Below, one piece after another: positions 1 to 10,700 of a DNA stretch of 64,000 nt. The notes beneath the pieces were generated by a model. That model was not told the DNA's origin and ran no database searches. It worked only from the letters and a program-made list of their open reading frames with translations. The stretch is from Sphyrna mokarran. Taxonomy: Eukaryota. Position numbers and translations under genes: made by a program. Location: NCBI GenBank assembly GCA_024679065.1, contig JAGIQG010000003.1, positions 40,238,001 to 40,302,000 of the forward strand, written 5' to 3'. How positions within the stretch are numbered: position 1 is the stretch's first letter; the number at the start of each line of letters is the position of its first letter.

Positions 1-677
1 ATTGCAAATAAAAGATATCAAGTGGATAGGTTTTTCATGCAAGACCTCATTTTACTGTCTTTCCACACTTCACTCCATGCATTAGAGAGAAAATAAATTA
101 TATAAATAATTGATGCATTTCATATTATTTTATAAGATGCCCACTGCACAATTAGCTACTTAATGAGTATTTGTGTCTGCTAAAATGTATTATATACTTA
201 ATCCACACAACAACTTGAAACGCTGTTTATAAGACTGAGTTTTCTGGCTTTTGTTCATTCAGTTTTCATCAATTTAGAAAATTCATTTGTTGCTCCATGG
301 AATCATACACACTGGTACAATTATTCATATTGGCATCTGGTTTTAAGTCAAATAATATTCCATGATTGCACTACACAGGTGTGAGCGATGATTGAGCAGA
401 GAAGCAATTGCAAAATTATCCAATTATTGTATAATTATACAGACACGGAAGAAGATGTGCAACTGATCTTTTGATACATCATTGCTAAATGTTTTAATTA
501 TTTAACAATCTAATTCAATCAAAGTTTTAAAAAGTTGTAAAAAGACTTAAATGAGCAAATACCAGTCCTCTAACAAGCCAGCATACTTTTAAATACATTT
601 CCCAGTCAGGGAAATCGATTCTGTAGAAGTTGTGAATATGCCATGTTAATAGCAGAGCACACCTGAAGGTGAAAATT

Positions 678-1002
678 ATAGAATCTCTATAGTGCAGAAG
701 GAAGTCATTCAGACCATCGAATCTGCATCGACTCTCCGAAACAGCACCTTACCTAGCTCAAATAACCGCCCTATTCCTAACCATGTAGCCAACCTAACTT
801 AATCACATCTTAGGATACTAATGGGTAATTTAGCATGGCCAATCCACCTAACCTGCGCATCCTAGGACTGGGGAGGAAACTGGAGCATTTGGAGGAAACC
901 AACTCAGAGATGGGGCAAACATGCAAACTCCACACAGTCACCCAAAGCTGGTCCCTGGCACTCTGAGGCAGCACTGCTAATCACTGTGCCACCATGCCAC
1001 CC
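678..1002 (-). mobile_element. tRNA-derived V-SINE (HE1-like), CR1-type tail
   Basis: Reverse complement of ggtggcacagtg..agcagtgctgcctca head, tttcctccc..gtcc core, gattcta tail. Confidence 0.85.
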
Positions 1003-1849
1003 TTATTTACTTATTTGATCGCTTCTTAACCTGGTGACTATGATTAAATGAGATCAGGTATAATGCCTGTTCTTGCCAGCTTGAATCTAGTGCATCTCTT
1101 TTGTGGGGACCATGAATTAGATTCAAGCTGAATTTGGATTGGTGTTTGGAGTGAGCAGGATTAAGGGATGGCCCTGTCCATTCTGCACATTGGCTTAGTA
1201 GCTCTGAGAAAGCAATAAAATTTAAATACGACATTTCTCTGTTTCTGGTAATTAATATCGAAACTTAAGACCAGTCAGGAATATTTTGTGAAGTGCTAAA
1301 GTTCATTTGAAAAAAATCTTTAAAATGAGGAATACTGAATGTGTGATTCTCATAAGCAGTGCTCTTGGCACTAGGTAAAATAAATTGCTACATTTTTCCA
1401 TTTAAAATAGTATCTAATACATAAAGATATTGATGCTGTTTCATTTACTTCCTTTAGTTTTTCTGATGCTTCTTATGGGACTCCATATCTGAAATTTTCG
1501 ACACAAGCTCTCTTGACCTATATACAGCTTTGTTTTTACTTAAACAGTAATTCTGTCATTTTTCAAAGAGAGACATGTGCTAATTTGTACAATACTTGGG
1601 ATGGAACAGCAAATGAAATCTCAACATGTATTGGCTCATTTTGAAATGTACGTGAGGAGCAAAATTCCACAACTTGCCTCCTGAATGTGAATACACATCC
1701 CCTTTATCCTATGGTTGCACTTGCCAGTTAAATCTTTTAAGAGGTGGATTTAACTTTGGGTAACATTTTAAATATAAGTTGCACAAAGATCCTTCTGATG
1801 CAGTATGGTCCAAAATATTAGGGTTAAACAATAGTGTTAAAGGTATTTG

Positions 1850-2230
1850 TTGTCCTTCCATTAATCCTAATGGGGATATGTAGGGTAGACTCAGAGAGAA
1901 TGTTGCCAATGATGGGGGACTCCCAAACTAGATGTCATAGTTTGAGGATAGGGGTAAACCCTTTAAAACTGAGGTGAAGTGAAATTTCTTCACCAAGAGG
2001 ATGGTGAATGTGTGGAATTCACTACCATAGAATTAGTTGAGGCCAAAATGTTGCCTGATTTCAAGAAGAAATTAGATATAGCTCTTAGGGCTCAAGGGGT
2101 CAAGGAATTATGGGGCAAAAGGGGGATCAGAATATCGAATTTGATCATCAATCATGATCAAAATAAATGGAGGAGCAGACTCGTGGAGCTGAATGGTCTA
2201 CTCCTGCTTCATGCTTCCATGTTTCTATTT
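1850..2230 (+). mobile_element. CR1-clade LINE 3' fragment
   Basis: Decayed ORF2 C-terminus (tgaaatttcttcacc...gtgaatgtgtggaattc, FKKKLDIAL) and 3' UTR. Confidence 0.8.
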
Positions 2231-2434
2231 AAATGTAAAGAAGGCCTGTAAACAATATTTGGGATGAAACCTGATCCTTCATGAAATCTTCCTTCTTTGT
2301 GTTTCTATTCTTAAGCAAATATCTTCCAATGGAAGTAGAACCAGATAGAGAACATTGAGATTAATATTTTCTAATAGCTGTAATGGATTAGGAACAATAC
2401 TATGACTAAAGTTTTACCAAATCTTACTAAATCT

Positions 2435-2645
2435 TTACCCAAAGGGTGGTTCGGGAGTGGAATGCCCTGCCTGCAGCAGTTGTAGATGCGCCAAGTTTGG
2501 TGGCGTTTAAGAGGTTAGTTGATAAGTATATGGAAGAGAAGGGAATGGTTTAGTTTGGAGGGGCATTGCTTTTTATATTGGTCGGCGCAACATCGAAGGC
2601 CGAAGGGCCTGTTCTGTGCTGTAATGTTCTATGTTCTATGTTCTA
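2435..2645 (+). mobile_element. Short CR1 3' end with (GTTCTAT)n tail
   Basis: gagtggaatgccctgcc...ggccgaagggcctgttctgtgctgta, then gttctat x3. Confidence 0.85.
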
Positions 2646-3248
2646 AATGGTTTTAGCTTTCACGATAAACATGAAAAGCCCTTGATGATTTTATAACAAA
2701 ATACATTAACCACATTATTGTTAATAGATAGATTAACCTGAATATTTAATTTTTAATATAGGTAAGTGCACGTGCTGTATGAAATAATAATTGATTGTAT
2801 TTGAATACAATCTATCCATAGAGATCAATATAGCTCTTCATGAAGTAATGTAGCAACTTATTTTACCTATTGCCAAGAGCACTGCATATGAGAATCACAC
2901 ATTCAGTATTCTTCATTTTAAAGATTTTTTTCAAATGAACTTTAGCACTTCACAAAATACTCCTGACTGGTCTTAAGTTTCGATATTAATTACCATGAAG
3001 TCTTTTATTCCCATGAGTGATTAGATAGCTGTATCAATATTGAGTTTTTGCTTTATTTTCTCAAATCGTAATAACGTGCATGCTGCAGACATAGTTATCT
3101 TATTCCAAATGTTGTCTCTGAATGTCTTTTTGTTGTAATTATTGATCAACTACTGGATCTTCCATGATATTGCCATGGTGCCAGGAGCAGAAGTTCAGTA
3201 TCAGTATTTGGGAAATCAGCTGATCCAATGTAATTAGGTCCAATATTC

Positions 3249-3577
3249 GTAGAATCATAGAATCCCTACAGTGCGGAAGGAGGCCACTCAGCCCATTGAG
3301 TCTGCACTGACCTCAATCCCACCCAGCTGCAATCCCCATAGCTTCATGTATTTACCCTGCTAGTCCTCCAACACTAAATGATAATTTAGCATGATCAATC
3401 AACCTGACCCACAGACCTTTAGACTTTCAGAGGAAACCAGAGCAACCTGAAGAAACATACACAGACATAGGGAGAATGTGCAAACTCCTCACAGACAGTG
3501 ACCCAAGCTGGAAATCAAACCCAGGTCCCTGGTGCTGTGAGGCAGCAGTGCTAATCACTGTGCCACCACGCCGCCCC
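3249..3577 (-). mobile_element. V-SINE (HE1-like), CR1-type tail
   Basis: Full-length match to the other copies in the window. Confidence 0.88.
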
Positions 3578-3614
3578 AAGAGGAAATTTTAAGTGAGAAT
3601 TTTTAAATATCCTT

Positions 3615-4030
3615 TCATGAGGAATGTGTATCCCTGGGCTGGGCAAGCCATTTATTTTTCAGTCTTAATTACCTTTTCAAGCTGGCAATGAACCACTATC
3701 TTGGACTGTTACAGTCCATCTGCTTTCAGTTTTCTGCAACTGAATGGCTTCTTAGGCTATTTCAGAGGACAGTATATCAACCACAATGCTGTAGGGCCAG
3801 CCTTACATGTAGGCCAGACCAGAAAAGATTTCCTTGCTTAAAGGCCATTAGTGAACCAAATGAGTTTTTACAAGAATCGATGATAATTTAATGGTCATCA
3901 CTACTGAGACAGCTTTCAATTTCAGATTTATTATTTAGTTGAATTTAAATTCTACCAGTTGTCATTATGAGATTTGGACCTGTGCCCCCACTACATTAGG
4001 TTGTGATTTATGGACCACCAGCCTAGCATC
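3615..4030 (-). mobile_element. Deu-domain SINE (SacSINE1-like); related copies at about 33715-34050 (-) and 53740-54115 (+)
   Basis: Shared blocks ttgaatttaaattc, cattagtgaacc, ggccagacc and catttatt tail. Confidence 0.6.
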
Positions 4031-4639
4031 CTTTTTTCATACATTTCGTGTACCAGTTGTAGACACTTCAGGGGATGATAGAAAATGTGCCAGGAGAAGT
4101 TTCTGTTTTTGGTTTTGAAGATTAGTTGTTGTTGACCATGTAATAGATAATCATGGGCTACATGGTAAGTATGGACTAATCAGCATAGATACACTAATTT
4201 ATTTCCTTATTTCACAAACCTTTCATAGCCAGCCAGAAGGGTAAACAGTTGGACATGTATTTATTCTGTTTACATTATAGTTAGGACTATTCTCTGAGGA
4301 AAATGGAGATGGCGTGGCCCAAATGACATCTTGATAATGGTGTCATTATTATCAGTTCTTTACTAGGTAATGCAAAATCTGCTTTATCACACCTGCAGAC
4401 ACCACAATGCCTATTTGAACAATCCAACCCAGGATTGTACACTATCCCTTAGCATTCTGATTTCTCGCTAACCTTCTCCATGAAGCCCCTGATTCACTCC
4501 CACTCAATACACTTCACATCTCCAGGCTTTTGTGGCCCCAAGGCCTCTGATCTCTCCTGATGCCCTCTCCCTCTCTCCATTCCCATACTGCTCCTCGACT
4601 TCTGTTCTTAACCAGGAACCTGCAACCTCCATGGCCTCA

Positions 4640-6643
4640 AATTCAGAGGAATTGGATGATCTCCTATGGGGCTGCTTGGAGTCAGTGGACTGGACAACAT
4701 TTAAAAATTCTGTGATCAGCTTGAACGAGTATGCCACTAAAGTAACTGACTTCATCAGTATGTGTGTAGACTGTGCACCAAAGAAGCAAATCCATGTGTC
4801 CCCCATCTGGAAACCATGAATGAACAGAGATATCCACTGCTTACTGACATCCAGGTCTGAGGTGCTCAAGTCAGGTGACACTGACCTATACAAAAAAGCC
4901 AGATACCATCTAAGAAGTTCCATCAAAGATGCCAAAAGACAGTACTGGACCAAGCTAGACTCCCAGATTAGCCACACTGACCTCCACTGACTATGGCAAG
5001 GTCTGCAAGACATAACAGGCTACAAGATGAGGGCATGAAAAATCGTAGGGTCCAACGCACCCCTCCCTAATGAGCTCAATGCATTCTATGCCTGTTTTGA
5101 GCAAGTGAATAGTGAGAGAAGCCCTCCACCTCGAAAGCCCTGGATGAACCTGTAGCTGGGATTACCATTGCAAATATCACAGCAGCTTTTTCGAAAGTCA
5201 ACCTGATTGAAAGCGACTGGCTCAGATGGGGTAACCCAGATGTGCACTCAGACCCTGTGCGGATCAGCTGGCAGAGGTTTTCGCAGATCTTTAATCTCTC
5301 TTTACAACAATCTGAGGTCCCTATCTGCTTCAAAAAGATGACCATCATCCCGGTACCTAAGAAAAACCAAGCAGAGTGCCTTAATGGCTATCAATCCAGT
5401 GGCTCTGACATCCATCATTACGAAGTGCTTCGAAAGGTTAGTCATGGCACGAATCAATTCCAGCCTTCTGGATTATCTGGATTCACTAAAGTTTGCCTAC
5501 TGCCACAACAGGTCCACAGAAGAAACCATCTCCCTCGCCCTGCACTCAACCCTGGAACATCTAGGAAACAAAGTCACCTGTGTCAAACTCCTATGTGTTG
5601 ACTACAGCTCAGCCTTCAACACCATTATTCCCACAACTCATCTACAAACTTAATGGCCTGGGCCTCAGCACCTCTCTCTGTGACTGGATCCTGAACTTCC
5701 TAACTCACAGACTACAATCAGTAAAGATAGGCAACAACACCTCCTCCACGATCATCCTCAACAGGCTGTGTTTTCAGCCCCCGACTATTCTCTTTATACA
5801 TCTATGACAGTGTGGTCAAATTCTCCTCTAATTCGATTTTCAAGACAAGACAGCGTACGGGAATGAGAGAGAATCTGGTGAACTGGTGTGGCAGCAATCA
5901 TCTCTCCCTCAATATCAAGAAAATGAAGGAGATTGTCATCGACTTCAGGGAATGTAGAGGAGAACATGCCTCTATCTACGTCAATGGGAATGAAGTAGAA
6001 AAATTCGAGAGCTTCAAGGTTTCAGGTACCCAGATCACCAACAACCTGTCCTGATCCCCCCAATGCTGACATCATCATTAAGAAATCCCAATAATGCCTC
6101 TACTTTCTCAGAAAATGAAGGAAATTTAGCAAATTTGAAATTTGGCTACGACTCTCATCAACTTTTACAAATACACCATACAAACCATTCTTTCTGGTTG
6201 TATTACCAGGTGACACCTGTTGTGCCCAAGGAGCTACAAAAGGTGGTGAATGTAGCCCAACTCATCATGCAAACCAGCCTCCCATTCATTTACTCTGTCG
6301 ACACTTACTGCTGCATCAGCAAAGCAGCCAGCATAATTAAGGACTCCACGCACCCTGGACAGTCTCTCTTCTACTTCTTTGTTCAGGAAAAAGATACAAA
6401 AGTCTGAGGTCACGTATCAACTAACTCAAGAAAAGCTTCTTCCCTGCTGCTATCAGACTTTTGAATGGACTTACCTTGCATTGTTGATCTCTCTTTCCAC
6501 CCTAGCTATCTGGCTATGACTGTAACATGACATCCTGCTCTCTCTTCCTTCTGTATGAATGGTACGTTTTGACTGTATACTGTACAAGAAACAATACTTT
6601 TCACTATATGTTAATACATGTGACAATAATAAATCAAATCAAA
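4640..6643 (+). mobile_element. 5'-truncated, frameshifted Rex1/Babar-like LINE
   Basis: Broken RT ORFs: [70 protein letters not shown]; tail aataa(atcaa)n. Confidence 0.88.
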
Positions 6644-7419
6644 TCATTCAACCAAGCCTCTGATTCCAACCTTTCTCACATACAGAACTCCAACTGCTAA
6701 TCTTTTTCCCACACCTTCAACACTCCACTCAATCATTAGGCCTGGGATGAGAACTGCCTCACCCTGGACCCTGGGATCAAGCCCCTCAGAGACTGGCAAC
6801 CCTAACAAGATTGATGCACTAAGCACCGCACCCTCAACTTAGTTTCTCTCAACCCGGGTCGTGGACTTAACAGATCTTGCAGTTGCCTCTGAACTGTTCT
6901 ACATCTGACAGGAACTCAAGTCTGTAATCAGACTGGTTTCTAGGAGAGGAACACATTAAAGATGTAAGAACACATAAGGGAGCCTTGCCTTCTGGGTTCT
7001 TCATTCTTTACTGACCTCCCCCACTCCCTTCCTCCCTCTGTCCCCAATGTGTCAGATGGTTAAATGCAGCCCTGTGTGCTTCACACAGCATTTAAAAAGA
7101 TTACACTTCCCCTCTTTAAAGGAAACAAGGTCAGTTTTGTGCTCTTCACAGATCTCACTTTGATATTTGTTTGTCACACTTGTCTTCACAATGTATATTC
7201 TTTCTTTGGCAGACAGATTTCATACTTATTATAGAATGAAACTATGTTAACTATCTTGATAATTTTTTAATGTGTTGTTGAAACAAATGAATCTACATGC
7301 CGAGTTTACAATAGACCTATGACTAATGGAAAATAAAAACTTCTAAAAAATAGAACTGAATGTTGTTTACCTGAAATCCCAAAGATATTTTCTTTTGATT
7401 TGAACATAATTTGAGATCT

Positions 7420-7540
7420 CAGGACCAATCTAAATGACCTCATGATTGTAACAGAGATAATTCTCAGGGGAAAACATATTACAGATAATTATCTGCACTG
7501 GTAATAAGAGGAGGTTGTTAAATAGCTATATATATGGAGA
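7420..7540 (+). promoter_or_regulatory. Putative core promoter of gene 1 (CCAAT, EBF/OE-like site, TATA)
   Basis: CCAAT near 7425, tctcagggga near 7462, TATATATA near 7527, about 45 nt upstream of ATG 7576. Motif inspection only. Confidence 0.35.
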
Positions 7541-7575
7541 AAGTCACTGTGCTACAGGTATCATTTCTTACTAAA

Positions 7576-7793
7576 ATGAGTTTGTATTTGAAGTTATGTT
7601 TTCTGTTGTTTTCTTGTGAGTTTTTAAGATTTGAAGCTGCTCCATCAAGCTGTAAACTTCCTGAACGTACAGCCAATGGGGTGCTTCAGGATGGTGATAT
7701 CATTATCGGGGGAGTGTTTCCCCTTCATGACACTCCTGAGGTATCTAATGTGTCCTTTACATCTGAACCAAGCTACAGAATGTGCAAAGATCA
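7576..7793 (+). CDS. Gene 1 exon 1 (signal peptide and start of VFT); upstream in-frame ATG at 7534 is possible
   Basis: [16 protein letters not shown]...CKL...[12 protein letters not shown]...CKD; donor GTAAGT at 7794, phase 2. Confidence 0.9.
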
Positions 7794-10700
7794 GTAAGTG
7801 CAAAATAAATTGATATTTTATTGTAGTTGTAATATCTTCCTCCGTTCATTAAACAATAGACTCTGATAAATGTATAATTCATTTGCTAAGAAATATTATT
7901 CGTGAATCAGGATATGTTTGCCTTCAGAGTTCCTCATCTCAGCATGGGTGGCAGCTGGCTGGTTAACAGCCACCAGCAAGGGTACTGGCAAACGTGGCAG
8001 TGATAGGAACAGAACACAACTGCTGTCCGTCGAGAGGGCACTAGGGTTCCGATCCACTGCCAGCCTGATCCACTGATGTATCAGCAGTTCTCAGAGCTGG
8101 AACACCTAGAGCCGTATCCATGATGGTAGGCATTCCTGGATGGGAGCAGTCTGAGACTAAGTACCAGCAGTCAGGAATCTCATGACCTTTTCTGAGAACT
8201 GTGTGACTGCAACATCAGCAGGACTACACTGGGCTGCAGTGGAAGCGGAGACAGTGAATATTAGGAACTTCTTCAGAAATTGGTCTGACTGTCAGACCAC
8301 GGAAATCTTCATCATTTCCATGGTGGAAAGGATGGGTTCCCTGTAAAGTGCCCTGTGCCACAGAGGATCCAGACTCCTCTGTGTTCCTAGTCAGGGACAA
8401 CTGTCTATTTGACAATGTCCCAAGCATCTGAATGTGCGTGTCCATCATAAAAGCTCTCATCTGAGAGCCATGCTGCAGAACCTACATGCAGCCATGTCCC
8501 TCTGATTACAGCCCTCCCATGTCTGACAATTCATCATGTGCAGATACCAAATCTAGACTGGCCTCCAAATTTGTGCAGCGCCAGTATCTGAGCTGATAGC
8601 TGCAAGCAGTAGATTGAATGATGGTGCTTCTTCCTCAGAACTCAATTCCTCCTCTCTCCTGCCCTTTCATTTGCAGCTGCAGTGACTGAGCTGATAGCAG
8701 TTTCTGGGTCTCTGAAAACACAAAAGCATAAGGGGAAGGAGGGGTGAGAGACAGGTCAGGAGAAAGCACGTCAATAGTTACTTCATCTACAATTTCAAGT
8801 TCATGGTACTTTTCAGGATGAAGATGAGAAATGAATTGGAGAAGCAGCAACTATTCATCATGCAAATTGGGCTTGGTAGCAGGGGGTGCCACTGGCTTCA
8901 TTACATTGGTGCCCATGCATCTGTTGGTGCTCATGCATCATGGTCATCTGTTTAAGGGTGCTTAAAGAATAAATTCTTGCTGGTTTTCTGCCCATCATCT
9001 TCCTGTCCCACCTGTTGTGAACCACCTTCTCCTGCAAGACAGAGGTCAGAATGTCAGTGACTGTGTGTGAGTATGTTCGGGTAATGTGTCAAACTATAGC
9101 CGAACATCTGGAGATAGTGAGAGGTGTATGTGTGACTGGAGGATGTATGTGGAGGATATGCAGTACAACAATGTTAGGGGTAAGTTCTGAGTGTCAGAAT
9201 GAGGTATGTTGCATTGAGCAATGTAAAAAGTGTGATGTGTCTAAGATGTGATGTGCAGATGAATGCACTCATCATGACCATCTGAGCGAACTCATTCAAC
9301 TGGTAGTTCTGCCAGATTCATGGTACTAAGCATTAAGCATTAACAATCTTTATCAGGGTTAGTCTGACCAGCTTCCTGCTTCCTGTTAGAAACTTGGACT
9401 TTCCTGTCTCTCTCAGAAATAAAGAGTTTTCCAAACACTTATCTATGAAGGTTGGACATTTCAATTGTTGACAGGTTGAAAATTGATATTAAGTTCTAAC
9501 AAAAGTATAAGCCTTCTTGACACTTCGAGCAGTGTTCCAACCAGGCTCATCACCGAGATCATTTAATTCTGCTGAAAGTCAATAAATCTCTGCCTGGGCC
9601 ATTGCATCTGTTTTTGTTTCAGATTCCAGCATCCATAGTATTTTGCCTATTATTCTTAACATACCTTATGCTAGCCAGCAATCCACTCTCTTTGTCTCTT
9701 TGCCCATTTTTTTTTTACTTCTCACATGTACATTTTATAGTCTTATTCTCCCTATATTTCCAGGCTGATTTCTGTTATATAACACCTGTCACCTCTTCTT
9801 CCAGCTCTCCCACCTTTTTGTCACCCAGAGAGATCTGACTTTGGTTTTCCTCTCTTTTCCCCTTACAAGAATGTACCTACACCTTACCTGAACTATTTTC
9901 TCTTTAAAAGCTACGCATTGCTCCATTACATTTCTAACTGACAGACTTTGACTCCAATTTACCCTGGCCAATCACTCTTCAATTCCCTTAAATATTTATT
10001 TTCATACTCATGTTTTATATTTTCATGCTCATGTTTTAATTTTAATAATTTTTGTCAATTATGATTACTGCTAATTTCTACTTTCAAGCTTCAATATTAG
10101 GACTTATCGATGGATGCAAGGAATGATCTTCGCAATTGATGAAATAAATAAAAACCCAGCACTCTTGCCAAACACAACGCTGGGTTATGCCATCTATGAT
10201 ACATGCTTGAATATTCCTACAGCTATTGAGGATGCCTTTGCTATTATATCTGGACAAAAGAAATTCATACCAAATTACCGATGCCAGTTAAATTCTTCCT
10301 TAGCTGCTGTAGTAGGTGCCGCAACTTCAGCAATGTCAATCGCAATGGCAACCATACTAGGGACCTATCGTTTTCCTCAGGTGAGAAACTGTTTTCATGG
10401 GAGAGTCATGTTTAAGTAAAGGGAATGTGCTTCAAAAATGTGATACCTTAAAATAGATACTTTGATCAAAACTGCAGCTGCTTTGATTTTATATTGTTAC
10501 GTGTAAAGAAATAAATAATTCAAAGGTAACTTTTCACATTGATTGACCTATTCAAAAACAAAGAGAAACAAGAACTGAGGCTGTGGATGGGGGATGCTAA
10601 AGATTTCTATGGTTAACATATTGCGATGATCAACTGCTCACTAAATAATTCCTTATGTGATTTGTTTCATATTCTGTTTTATAATCCTCCTGTGAAGTGC

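Larger units (their letters stand above)
1246..2995. repeat. 149-bp inverted repeat pair (1246-1394 and 2847-2995)
   Basis: Hand alignment: 5 mismatches, no indels. Confidence 0.95.

Noticed and set aside
1246-2995. DNA transposon bounded by 149-bp TIRs
   Set aside because: No TSD outside the pair; the duplication flanks only the right-hand copy, and there is no transposase trace inside.
7534-7575. ATG 7534 as the start of gene 1
   Set aside because: It overlaps the TATA-like element and adds 14 aa ahead of an adequate signal peptide. Less likely, but not excluded.
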